Shown one piece after another: positions 38,161 through 52,324 of a DNA stretch of 64,000 nt. Source of the stretch: Eledone cirrhosa (Eukaryota); the NCBI GenBank assembly GCA_964016885.1, contig CAXHJY010001609.1:1-64000 (forward strand), given 5' to 3'. The position numbers and the translations under genes were made by a program. The stretch's first letter is position 1. Each line of letters starts with the position of its first letter. The notes below the pieces were generated by a model. It saw only the letters and a list, made by a program, of their open reading frames with translations, was not told the origin of the DNA and searched no databases.

Positions 38161-39708
38161 GCCTCCTGTATGGGTAGGTTTGTGATCAGTTAAGTAACTG
38201 CTGAGAGAGAATGATTTACCACAGATTTCACTGTGATATGGCTTATGTCCTGTATGGGTACGTTGTGAGAAGTTAAGTCACTACTTCGAGAGAATTATTT
38301 ACCACAGATATCACAATATGGCTTATCTCCTGTATGTATAACTTTGTGAGTAGTTAAGGTACTAAGTTTATTAAATTATTGACCAGATATCACAGTGATA
38401 TGGCTTCTCTTCTCTAACCTTCGTCGTCTCAGCAGGAATACTAAACACTTTAGATTGTGTTTCGCATTTAATCTTCTTTGTCAATTATTTTCCATAATTA
38501 TTCCTTCTTCAACAGAATATACAGATGTTTTCCTTGTAATTTTTTTTATATTATATTTCTTATAAAATATTTCTTCTTCTATATTTCCCTCAACTATATT
38601 TCAGTTAACATCTGAAAATAATACAAACTTCTTTTTCATCCAAGTTTAGTTAAAATACAAAATCATCTCACAGTGAAGAAAATAAACTCAGTTTTGAGGA
38701 AATATTTCACAGTAATATTACGAGAGATTTATATAAACAGTGTTATATAAGTTCTGCTTAGAATGTTTTAGTTTTAAAATGATGATAAATAGAGGTGATG
38801 TATCCAAGATTGAAAATAATAATTTATCCCAATGTCATCTGGTATTCTGAAATAAGAAAGAAACAGTATGAGATAATACAGAATACTTTAGAAGCAGAGA
38901 TAGATTTAACAGTGGAAATTTTATATTTCTATATTGGTAAATTGTAGACTACCTTGAGTAGAAGATTATGGAAGTTAAAGGACCCCATAGCCAGTGACAA
39001 ATTTAAAAGCCTATTACTTGATGCCTTTGACAATAAGGAAGATCAATTAGAGACATGCAATATAGAGGAACAGTGGCAATCCTTGAAAGTGAACCTGCTG
39101 AAAGCAACAGTCAGTAGGCACCTCTAACAAAATACACCCCCACCCCCTTAAATGTGAAGTTATGTTGGTACCACAACATCCAGTCTGAAACAAATGAGGT
39201 CGTGTAGGTGTCACGACAAAAATAAAAACACAGTCCACGCTGTAATGTGGCCGTGTAGGTAACACGGTAAAAACCTCCCAGTCCACACTGTAAATGTGGT
39301 TGGTGTTAGGAAGGGCATCCAGCCATAGAAAACCCACGTCCAAACCCATGGATAGACGTTAAACGATGATGATGATGATGTATATATACACTGTGTACAG
39401 TATATATAATACCCTATATATGTTGTATGTTGTCCAAGAGAAAGGCTATGGCCGATACAGCTTGGCACTTGTGACATCACAACATAAATATACACTATAT
39501 ATATTATACAGTATATATACACTATATATATATGTCCAAGGGAAAGGCAATGCCTGACACAGCTTGGCACCAGTGACATCACAACATATATATACACTAT
39601 ATATATATATACACTGTGTACAATATCTATCATACATTATATATGTTGTCCAAGGGAAATGTAATGGCTGATACAGCTTGGCACCAGTGACATCACAACA
39701 TATATATA

Positions 39709-39761
<53 letters not shown>

Positions 39762-40284
39762 TACACTGTGTACAATATCTATCATACACTATATATGTTG
39801 TCCAAGGGAAAGGCAATGGCTGATACAGCTTGGCACCAGTGACATCACAACATATATATATAACTTATATCCCAGACATCCATAGATTATTTCTATTCTA
39901 CAGCTATCTCTCTTCCCCAGTTTCAAAATGTTCTGTTTACGTTATTATTATTATCATTCACTTGTTTCCACAACGTATATACTTCGACCTTGTTTTTGAT
40001 ATAAACCATGTTGGACATTGTGTCTTTCTCTACAAACTTATCCCGAACCCCCGCCATTACCTCCCCTTTCTCTCACTCATTCATTTCGGTGTTTCCAAAG
40101 CTAAGTGTCCATCTTCGAAATTCTTGCATATTTTCCTTGTCTAATATGTCTACTTATATCTGCTTATTTCCCCCAAATCTCCTGTGATGATATATGTCAT
40201 GATGGCTACCTATCTCACAATTTCCCACTCACCACCATAGGCTATTTCACCAATCATACCTCAGCAACATGTCCTTACCCATTA

Positions 40285-40722
40285 CTACCCCAACAAACTC
40301 TGCCATTACTACTACTGTCCTCCTAGCCCTTACTAGCCCCAACAAACTCTGCCATTACTACTACTGTCCTCCTAGCCCTTACTAGCCCCAACAAACTATG
40401 CCATTACTACTACTGCCCTTCTAGCCCTTACTAGCCCCAACAAACTCTGCCATTACTACTACTGTCCTTCTAGCCCTTACTAGCCCCAACAAACTCTGCC
40501 ATTACTACTACTGTCCTTCTAGCCCTTACCAGCCCCAACAAACTCTGCCATTACTACTACTGTCCATCTAGCTCTTACCAGCCCCAACAAACTCTGCCAT
40601 TACTACTACTGTCCATCTAGCTCTTACCAGCCCCAACAAACTCTGCCATTACTACTACTGTCCTTCTAGCCCTTACCAGTCCCAAACAAACCCTGCCATT
40701 ACTACTACTGTCCTTCTAGCCC
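40285..40722 (+). repeat. 49-bp tandem repeat (~9 copies) in the RTE 5' UTR
   Basis: CAACAAACTCTGCCATTACTACTACTGTCC.. at 40291, 40340 and onward; only ~2 copies in the paralog at 23605-23700. Confidence 0.9.
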
Positions 40723-43300
40723 TGCACCAAAGAATTCTTGATTACTGTTATGTATGGAGGAGTGAAGGATAAATGGAACAACCCCGAATAAATAAATGAA
40801 TATGAATCTGTGAGTTACCAAGCTCCCATGCGAAGCTTTAATTCAGAGACAGGAAGCATACACACTCCCCCACAAAAATTCACCCTCTCCCAGAAATGAT
40901 GGCAAATGTCCAAAACTCTTAGTTGGCAGCATCAACATAAGCACAATGGAAGGAAGGGAAGGAGAAATTATAGACATGCTAGAGTGAAAGGATATTGATG
41001 TATGCTCTGGGCAAGAGACTAGATGGAGAGGAGAGTCCACTAGAGTCCTTGTAGGCGATCTGGAAAAAGTCTTCGACAGAGTGCCCCTTGCTATAATCTG
41101 GTGGCCTTTTAGAAAACTAGGAGTAGATTATTGGCTTGTGAAAGCTGTACATGCCATGTATAGGGGAGCAGTCAGCAAAGAGTTAATAATTACTATAGCG
41201 GGGAATTTAGCATACAGGTCGGTGTCCACCAGGGCTCTGTTCTTAGCCCTCTCCTGTTTATTATAGTATTGCAGGCTATAACAGAAGAGTTTAAGACCGA
41301 ATGCCCATAGGAACTCCTATATGCGGATGATCTTACACTTATAGCTGCATCTATGGCAGAACTAAAGAAACAAGCACCACCAAACTCTGGGAGAGCTCTG
41401 TAGAAACAATAGACAGCTTTTGCTACCTAGATGACCGAATAAGCAGCGGAGGTGGTTGTTCTGAAAGTACAGTAACCAGGGTAACGACGGGATTGAAGAA
41501 ATTCAGGGAGCTATTGCCACTGCTAGCTACAAAAGGCTTTTCCCTCAAAATGAAAGACAGACAGTATGATGTGTGCATACGAACAGCAATGTTACATGGT
41601 AGTGAGACCTGGGTGCTGTGTGTAGAAGACTTGCGTAGATTAGAAAGAAACGAAGCTTGCATGCTCCGATGGATGTGTAATAGTAATATACGCGAACAGC
41701 AAAGCATTAACAAATTGAGAGAGACTGAGCATCAGAGGAATCAAATGCTGTGTGCAGGAGAGGAGGTTGTGTTGGTATAGACATGTGATGTGTATGAAGG
41801 ATGAAAGCTACATAAACAGATGCAGAGCACTAGAAGTCGATGGAAGCCATGGAGTGGGGGGACCCAAGAAGACCTGGGATGAGGTGATGAAAGCTGACCT
41901 TACCCAATTGCACCACCCGAAGGCGATGACACCGGACCGTGACCTCTGGCTTCACACAGTAATATAGAAGACCCGACTTCTCACGGGTACAAGCCAAAGC
42001 TGAAGCATATAGACAATATGCCCCCACCCTCTCCCACTGTAGAGTGGCCATGGAGGTGTCACAACAAAATAGCACCCATCACTCACTGTGAAGTTGGTGT
42101 TAGGAAGGGCATCCAGCTGTAGAAATCAAGCCAAAATCAGTTCCCATCTGAGCAAGACAAGGTCACCCTACCTGGCACTGCCCACAACAGGACAACCTGT
42201 CGAACCCATACTACCTTGGAAGAAGGGACGTAAAACAGTGATGATGATATACATATATACACTGTGTACAGTATATATACACTATATATATATTATACAG
42301 TATATATATACACTATATATGATGTCCAAGAGAACGGCAATGGCCAATACAGCTTGGCACCAGTGACGTCACAACGTATATATATATACTATATATATAC
42401 ACAATGTATATATACACTATATATATTATACAGTATATATACACTATATATATTATACAGTATATATACACTATATATATATGTCCAAGAGAAAGGTTAT
42501 GGACGATACAGCTTGGCACCAGTGACATCACAACTCATTTCTACAGCTGAGTAAACTGGAGCAACGTGAAATAAAGTGTCTTGCTCAAGGACACAACACA
42601 TCACACGGTCCGAGAATTGAACTCACCACCTTTTAATTGTAAGCCCAATGCTCTAACCACTAAGACAGGATACGTTCCAGAACCAACCGTGATATAGAGA
42701 GACCATAAAGACAACCGTTGTTTCCATAGTTTAAGCCTTAAAATACCTCTCATACATGCTTTAAGTACATATAGACTCATTAATACACACTTTTGTATTT
42801 AAACACCAAAAACAGCCAGTAACGATCGTAGAGAAACTACCACCAACTATCATACCACTAGTTACCAATGAGGACTATTGCCAACCACGGTAGCCACTTG
42901 GTAATACACTGCACATCTCCCGTCAATCTATGAAGGGTTTGTAGTAGATTAGAGCAAAACACAATCAGTAATGGAATGAAAAATATAAACATTTGTTCAT
43001 AATTGAAGCCTTAAGATGTCCCATCCTTACGATATACACTTTAATAACATTGAAACTTATTTAATAAGTTTAAATTTTAAACACTTTTTATTCAGACGTA
43101 CCGCGATAAGAAACTAGATATGTTCTAACGAATAATCCGCGATGTGGCGAGGATTACCGCGATAGGAAATTAGATACGTTCCAAAGAAATCCCCGCGATG
43201 TAACGGGACCGCGAAAAGTGAACCGCGATATAGCGGGGCATTACTGTATATATACACACACAACATACATCTATCTATATACACTCATAACATATATTTC

Positions 43301-43920
43301 GGCAGTGTCATGGTATTAGCTGTCAGAAGTGAAAGTAGAAGAAGGTGACGTCATTCGTCAACCTTCTCAATCCTTTATTTCCGTATCACTATTCCCTTTA
43401 TTTATGTTTAGGATTTTCTAAGAGATACGTTTACGATGAGATACACTTATTAAAAAATAATATGGGGACCAAATAACCCCGTAATTTTCGAGAGAAACGA
43501 TAATATACAATCTTATTTAACATGTGTATTAAAAACTACACTAGCTGTTACAATTGTAATTAACGTGCAAGAACTTAAATGAAAATATAGGTGGCCCTTA
43601 AAAGGGCCGGTGTTGAACTTAAATTTGTTTTCTAATTTGATAACCATGACTTGTTTCAACACCGGCCCTTTTAAGGGCCACCTATATTTTCATTTAAGTT
43701 CTTACACGTTAATTACAATTGTAACAGCTAGTGTAGTTTTTAATGCACATGTTAAATAAGATTGTATATTATCGTTTCTCTCGAAAATTACGGGGTTATT
43801 TGGTCCCCATAAATAAAATCATAAACGTAAATAAACGGAATAGTGATACGGAAATAAAGGATTGAGAAGGTTGACGACTGACGTCACCTTCTTTCTGACA
43901 GCTAATACCACGACAGTGCC
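43301..43920. mobile_element. Fold-back non-autonomous DNA transposon (GG..CC termini, 8-9-bp TSD; Merlin- or Mutator-like) with histone stem-loops
   Basis: Long inverted arms GGCA(G/C)TGTC.TGGTATTAGCTGTCAGAA; TSD ~TTTATTTC; absent from the paralogous site at ~26810. Confidence 0.9.
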
Positions 43921-44278
43921 CTTTATTTCGATATCTTACATTAAAATGTTGACTGAGGGTGTGACAACTGTTTCTTGTTTGAGGTTGTTCCAGTGGTTGA
44001 AATATAGACGGAGGTATATTAAATAATAAAGACAGTCATGATAACAATATATTTTATATCACATGTAACAGTGGAATCTGATGATTGAAAAATATCACAT
44101 CAACATTTCAGTTTGGAAGTGCTTTTTCTATCTATAAAAGTGGAGGAAGAAATATATTTTTCTAATGTTGTTATATATATTTTCACTTGTATATAATTAC
44201 TGGGTCGTTGTAGGGTTCACATAATTATATTATTAACACGCATTAATATAGACATTAAGTAAATCTTTGTCAACTTAC

Positions 44279-44477
44279 CTCCTTCACATATAATCAATGT
44301 ATTGTGTTGTTAGTTTTTACTAAACAACCGAAGAAATAATCTCTTTGTTATCAAATTAGAAGTTTCAATGTTATCAGCTTTATTTCACGACATTAACGTT
44401 GGTGTATCTTCTTCATCTTTAGTCATAAATTGATATCTTGTCAGAATGAAGTAGTGAGGCTGACTTTATGTCTTTAG
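44279..44477 (-). other. 199-nt non-coding 5' exon of ZNF gene B
   Basis: Same splice signals and length as 27174-27372. Confidence 0.7.
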
Positions 44478-45422
44478 CTACAGATTTGATAGGAAATATA
44501 TATATATTAGGTTGATATGTGGTCTAAAATATATATATTGTCTATAATTGACTGATAGCAGATGTTCTGGTGAAATAGTAGTTTTACTACTACAGATTGT
44601 AATGGAACTCTTAGTAGACACAATTGTAAAGTAAGAATAGATATGACAGTGTAAGACTGATGTCGGGGAATTAAAATTGTGTATATATATATATATATGT
44701 AATTGTTACACAAGATATAATTAGATTAAAAGACAGCAGGTACTCTTTGTCATTGGAAATGATTTAACTCCCTTACCGGTTTCATTAGTTAAAAGTCCCT
44801 GATATAATTTAATACATTCAGACAGTTCCAATCGTATTTAATCGATAGTAAATGAAAAGGTATCACACAATAAAATATCAATTATATATCGACGTAGTGT
44901 CACTGACTGCTAGAAATACCAGTGAAATTATCCATTACAGACTTTCCTTTCTTTAAACTCTTACGTTTAGTAGATGTTTGTGTTGAGAATGTGTGTATTT
45001 GTGTATTGTATGACGGAAGTCACCATTGAAGATGTTAAAAGCAATGTTGTGGAAAATAGCATCGTACGACTTTGTAATTGTTTATATATAATTTATTTAC
45101 AGATTACAAAGGTTAGAAGAATGTCTCTTGAGCTGCAAGAGAGAGAGAGTTTCGAATCTCCGCTGGAATTTTTCCTTCTGGGCGAAGGTCGAGATACATT
45201 TTCCTACGCTGGTAGTGATTGGTTGAACTGAGCCAAACAACGCACAGAGAATGTATCCATGAGCCCTCTGAATGTAGGTCACTACAATACCCCCTATTTA
45301 GCCTGCAAGACGATATATAAGATTGAATCAGCAGGAAAAAGGCTTAAAGAGAGGACATCAATGAATATATATGTATATATATATTTATGGATGTATATAT
45401 GTATATATGATATATAAATATA

Positions 45423-46299
45423 CAGCTGTGGACGATATTTGGTCGCAATTTTCAACTGCTAATTTTATGCAAATTTCTTTTACTTCCGTTGTCACTCTTG
45501 TCCTCATAAAAACAGTGACTATATTTCCATTATTTTCAGAATAATTGATTATGAATAACTTTGAACCTCCAAATTTGTGGAAGAGACACAGAGTTCTTCT
45601 TGGACTCAGCGCCGAGAGGACAAATAAGACCAGAAAATCAACTCCCAGAACAACATGTGGCTCGCTGTCTCATCCAAAGCCGTGCCAAGAGTCATGCAGA
45701 TAAAGTTTCCAGCGACAACATTGGTCTTAGGTGTCGTCAGCAGTCAAGGTGACATAATATCCCCTCACTGCTTCCCTGAAGGTCTCAAGCTGAACACCGA
45801 TGGCTACATCCGCGTTCTGAGCGAGGTAGTAAAGCCCTGGATCGACCAGGTAGCTGCAGGTAGGCCGTACGTGTGGCAGCAAGACTCAGCGCCCTGCCAT
45901 ACCAGCCGAAAGATCCAAGCCTGGCTGTCAGAGAACTTCTTCGACCACACTTCCCCTGATATCTGGCCTCCCAGCTAGTCTGACTGCAACCCCCTTGACT
46001 TCTTTGTGTGGGGTGCAGTGGAACGAGACACTAACAGATCCAGCTGCAATACGAAAGATGATCTGAAGCCCAGGATCACAAGTGCCTTTAGGGGCCTAAG
46101 TCACGAAGGCCTGTAGCCAGTTCCGAGGCTGCCTTGAGGCCATCATCAAAGCCAATGGCGGGTTTATCGAGTGAGATTGAAAGAACAAGTCATGAAGACA
46201 AACTGACCCAAGTTTGATAAATAAATCTTAAAAAATAAAACTACTGTGTTATTTTTTTCTTAGATAGTAATCTTGCGAACAAATATCGTCCACAGCCTG
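45423..46299 (+). mobile_element. Internally deleted Tc1/mariner element of the maT (DD37D) type
   Basis: TA-flanked TIRs CAG(G)CTGTGGACGATATTTG; YVWQQDSAPCH...WPPS*SDCNPLDFFVWG with 37 residues between the second and third Asp. Confidence 0.88.
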
Positions 46300-46784
46300 T
46301 ATATATATATATAATATATGATATATATACAATAATTGTTTCTACTTTTGGCACAAGGCCAGCAATTACCCAGTACATTACTGGTACTTTATTTTATCGA
46401 CCCCGTAAGGATGAAAGGAAAAGTTGACCTCGACGGGATTTGAACTCAGACCATAAAGGCACGTAACTATGCTGGAAAGCATGGCGTCCGACCCTCTACC
46501 GATACTGCCAATTCACCATAATATATATATACCATCATCATCACTGTTTTACGTCCGTTCTTCTATGCTAGCATGGGTTAGACGGGTTGTCCTGATGTGG
46601 GCAGTGTCCGGTTGGCTGACCTTGTCTTGCTCATACGGGACCTGATTTTGGCTTGATTTCTACAGCTGGATGCCCTTCCTAACACCAACCTCATTTACAC
46701 TGAGTGCTGGGTACTTTTCTTCTGTGGTGCCTACATGTCCACTTTATAGTGTGGGTTGATATATATATAATATATATATATTAT

Positions 46785-47125
46785 GGAGGCACATGGCTTA
46801 GTGGTTAGAGCATTGGCCTTGCAATCGAAAGGTTGTGAGTTCAATTCTCAGACCGGGTGATGTGTTGTTTCCTTGAGCAAGACACTTTATTTCACATTGC
46901 TCCAGTTTACTCAGCTGTAGAAATGAGATGATAGGGAATGGGGTCCCTATCATTCCACTGCAAAGTGGTCGTGGAGGTGCCATGGCAAAAAAAGCACCCA
47001 GCACTCACTGTAAATGAGGTTGTCGTTAGGAAGGGCATCCAGCTGTAGAAATCAAGCCAGCATCAGTTCCCATCCCACCCCTGCAAGCAGGGAAAAAGTG
47101 GACGTAAAATGAAATGATGATGATA
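46785..47125 (+). mobile_element. Full-length CORE-like SINE with RTE-derived 3' tail
   Basis: tRNA head, CORE-like block, AGGAAGGGCATCC block, CCCACCC..GCAAGCAGGGAAAA..GACGTAAAATGA tail. Confidence 0.88.
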
Positions 47126-47589
47126 TTATATATAAATCCTAGTAGTCAGTAGGCATCTCTAACAAAATACACCCCCGTCCCACCCCATCCACACCGCCCC
47201 CTTCAATGCAAAGTTATGTTGGTGCCACAACATCCAGGCCGAAACAAACGAGTTTGTGTAGGTGTCACGACAAAAAAACACACAGTCCACGCTGTAATGT
47301 GACCGTGTAGGCAACACGGTAAAAACCTCCCAGTCCCACACTGTAAATGTGGTTGGTGTTAGGAAGGGCATCCAGCTGTAGAAAACCCGCCAGACAGTCC
47401 TATGCAAGCAAGACAACCACTCTTGCCTCAAGTGGGAAAACTCCCATCCAAACCCATGCAAGCGTGGAACAGGGACGTTAAACGATGATGATGATGATAT
47501 ATATATATAATATAATATATATATATCATATAATATATATAACATATATATATATATTTGAAAATTGCAAACTCGACTGTCACCACATA

Positions 47590-47635
47590 TCATGAACCTG
47601 AAGATTGCGAAAGCATGAAAGTACTTGTTCAATGA
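47590..47635 (+). ncRNA. Minimal type I hammerhead ribozyme
   Basis: TCATGAAC-CTGAAGA-T-TGC-GAAA-GCA-T-GAAA-GTA-CTT-GTTC(A)ATGA; intact core, GNRA loop II, palindromic AAGTACTT stem III. Confidence 0.75.
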
Positions 47636-47771
47636 ACACTTAGAATTTAATATTCTATCATACTATTTCATTATAATACCATATTATATATATTTTAAAG
47701 GATTGTAAATAAAACGAGTAAATCAGACAAAGTTGGAATTCCTCTTATTAATATATAATATAATATATATA

Positions 47772-48029
47772 TCTCCTTATAATATATAACCAGCAATCTC
47801 TGTGTGTCTGTCTGTCCGACAGTGGGAACATGTGTGCGCGTGCGAATGTTTTTTGCGCACGCGTAGAGAGAGAGTAAGAGTGAAAGAAAGAGACAGACTA
47901 CAAGAGGGGGATAGCGGGAGGGAGAGAGGGGGGAATTGAGGAGTGCTACAGAAACATATATACATTTCTGTGTGTGTGTAATATATATATATATACACAC
48001 AGAAATATATATACATTTCTGTGTGTGTA

Positions 48030-48062
<33 letters not shown>

Positions 48063-48139
48063 GAAATATATATACATTACTGTGTGTGTAATATATATAT
48101 ATACTAGCAGAAAACCGCCCACAGATGGTTTTCTGCTAG
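47772..48139 (+). mobile_element. Helitron-like element
   Basis: 5' TC(C)TTATAATATATAA start, microsatellite-rich body, 3' hairpin plus CTAG. Confidence 0.45.
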
Positions 48140-49404
48140 TCTATATATCTAAAACAGAGAATGTCCCTAAAACTGAAGAACCACCCAACCGATTGTTTTC
48201 AAACTTTACACATGTAATACTTATAGTCCTGTGAGTGTTTAGAGGAGAAAAATTTCAAATTTTCGATGTCCTAGGGACCGCATTAGGTGCTTTAGCGATC
48301 TCCGGGCCATTCTGCTAGTAATATATATATAATATATATGGCTTAGTGGTTAGAGCACTGGGCTTGTAATTGAAAGATTGTGAGTTCAATTCTCGGACCG
48401 AGTGATGTGTTATGTCCTTGACCAAGACACTTTATTTCACGTTGCTCCTTCTACCTTGACTTGTGACCAATAGATAGTATTAGCAATTGGAAAGACCAAT
48501 GGAAACATTGTCTCTTCGGTCCAATTTGACGAAAGTCAATCGACTGACGATATATATATATATATATATGTATATATATGTATATATATATTATACAGTA
48601 ATATATATAATAAAAGCGATTCTTTGCTTAAACTTTAATCTGTTATTTTAATAAATATATATTATACATATATATATAATATATATATATATATGTCACA
48701 TGCTGGATCTGCTAGAAGGACCCAGATAATATGAGATGTTCTCCCGGCTGTATCATATACTGCAAATCTATGCAGATGTATACACATAAATATACAGACA
48801 CATAAAGATACACAAGTAATTATACAGACATAGAAGTGGTTGATAGCTTCTCTGACTTAATTAGCAGTGGAGGATGACTGTATAACACCTGCCAATAAAA
48901 TATGATGCTGCATGGTAGTGAAACAAGGGCTGTGACAGCAGAAAAAAGTGTAGACTGGAGAGAAATGAAGCAACCATGCTTCATTGGATGTGCCATTTAA
49001 GTGTGAGAGAAAGGCAGAGCTTGGACAAGTTGAGCGAGAAGCTGGGTTTAAGAGGGATCTTAAGAGATGTGTAAGAGAGAAGACTGCATTGGTACTGACA
49101 TGTGATACACATGGATAATGACAGCTGGGTGAAGAAGTGCCAGGACATCCCAGTAGAAGGAAGCCATAGTAGAGGTAGACCAAGAAAGACCTGGACAGAG
49201 GCTGTGTGAACTGACTTCAAATAACTGACTCTCACAGAGGAGATGACAAAGGAACACGACAAGTTGAAAGATGCCATGTTGAGAAGGACATGTCCAACCC
49301 AAGGAAGCATAGAAAAACAGACATAAAAACAGTGATGATGTTGATGAAGTTGATGTACATATACACACATACATAATAAATAAATCAAATACAGATATGC
49401 ACAG

Positions 49405-49745
49405 TGGAGGCACATGTCTTAGTGGTTAGAGCATTGGCCTTGTATTCGAAATGTTGTGAGTTCAATTCTCAGACTGTGTGATGTGTTGTTTCCTTGAGCA
49501 AGACACTTTATTTCACATTGCTCCAGTTTACTCAGCTGTAGAAATGAGATGATAGGGACTGGGGTTCATATCATTCCACTGCAAAGTGGTCGTGGAGGTG
49601 CCACGGCAAAAAAGCACCCAGCACTCTCTGTAAATGAGGTTGGTGTTAGGAAGGGCATCCAGCTGTAGAAATCAAGCCAGAATCAGTTCAGTCCCACCCT
49701 TGCAAGAAGGGAATAGCAGACGTAAAATGATGATGATGATGATGA
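49405..49745 (+). mobile_element. Full-length CORE-like SINE with RTE tail and TSD GATATGCACA
   Basis: Near-identical to 46785-47125; absent from the paralogous site at ~36390. Confidence 0.9.
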
Positions 49746-50622
49746 TATGCACATACTTATATACAAACATATACATGGACACAAATTTCTAACACATACA
49801 TTCACATATATATAACGTATGTCAATTCTGAACAATACAGTTTAGTCAGCACAAGTCTTGGTTACAACTTCTAAATGAAAGGAGAATAATTTCTTAGTAA
49901 AACAGTTTTATTTAAAATATTAACAACATTGGTGGCACTATTTTAGGTGAGTGACATGGTTTTTATCTTGTCTGATTGTGTTTGTGTTGCATCAAGTAAC
50001 CTTTACAAGAGAATTATTTATCACAGACACCACAGTGATATGGTTCCTCTCTTGTATGTGTTAGTGTGTAGTGAAGCCACAACATTTAGAGAATTATTTA
50101 GCACAGACACCACAGTGATATGGTTCCTCTCCTGTATATGTTAGTGTGTAGGGAAGCCACAACATTTAGAGAAGGATTTATCACAGACACCACAGTGATA
50201 CAGTTCCTCTCCTGTATGTTAGTGTTTGGTGAAACCAAAATTAGAAAATGATTTACATGGGCTGAGGTGGTAAGGGCAGACCTCTGAAGCTCACGGTGGA
50301 GATGACAAAGGACCGTGACAAGTGGAGTGATACTGTGTTGAATAGGACCCATCCCACCCTTGCAAGCAGGGAAAAGCAGACGTAAAATGATGATGATGAT
50401 GATATGGTTTCCCTCATCTATGCATATATTTAGTTAAATGGCTCCATTAAAAGATATATTTTCCAAACATATCAAAGTGATATGGCTTCCCACCTGTAAA
50501 TGTTTGTGTGAAGTTAATGTAGCATAGAAAGAGAATGATTTACCACAGATATTACACTGATATATATTTGTATTCTCATTAATTCACAATTTTGAGAGGA
50601 TTTATCACTGATGTCAATGCAT

Positions 50623-51543
<921 letters not shown>

Positions 51544-52324
51544 TTTATTTTCTATAATAATTTTATCTTCAACTTGTAATACTTTTTAGATTATATTCCT
51601 AAAAAATATATCTTCTATATTTCCCTCAACTGTGATTTCAGTTAATAGTCTTCAAATAATGATAAATAGAGGTGATGTATCCGAGATTGAAAATAATAAT
51701 TTATCCCAATGTCATTTGGTATTCTGAAATAAGATAGAAACAGTATGAGATAATACAGAATACTTAAGAAGCAGAGATAGATTTAACAGTGGAAATTTTA
51801 TATTTCTATTTTGGTAAACTGTAGATATCAACTTTCCTGTCCAGAGTAATTCTCTCCAATGCAAACAGTAGTATTCCAGCATGCTCTATAAATGTTATCC
51901 TTCTATCTCTAGAGAGGTCTGCTCTATGGCAGTTTAGTGAAAAATTCATTCTGATAGGACTCTCTAACATAGCTATTATCTCCTCTGCTGGTGACATGAC
52001 AACAACAGTTTAACTTCCATCTTTTTATTAGTAGGAGTCAATTGTTCCTCTACATCTTTTTCTTACTTCTTTTCTATCTTCATCTGGGAGAAATCAGCTG
52101 TGTTTAGACCAGGAGTTATGAGTCTATATGAATCCATACAATATCAGATTTCACTTGAAGTTTTATTCAGATCTCAATTCTGTTCAAACGAGAGAGGTGA
52201 TGGGCTCCATCAGGTTTTTAAATATGCCTGAGAAATACTGTATGTCACTTAGAGTACCCCTACGACTCCACTAGTATTTCATTTGTTGAGGACTAGATCT
52301 GGGTTAGCCAGCCAATTATCAGTA

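Larger units (their letters stand above)
39400..44950. repeat. Segmental duplication of ~23000-27860 (intron and 5' exon of gene A)
   Basis: Same RTE, SINE, pogo end and 199-nt exon in the same order. Confidence 0.92.

Noticed and set aside
39430-39850. CRISPR-like repeat-spacer pattern
   Set aside because: Repeats are SINE fragments, spacers are TA-rich low-complexity sequence, there are no cas genes and the context is eukaryotic
43593-43679. Histone gene associated with the stem-loops
   Set aside because: No histone ORF in any frame; the stem-loops lie within transposon arms
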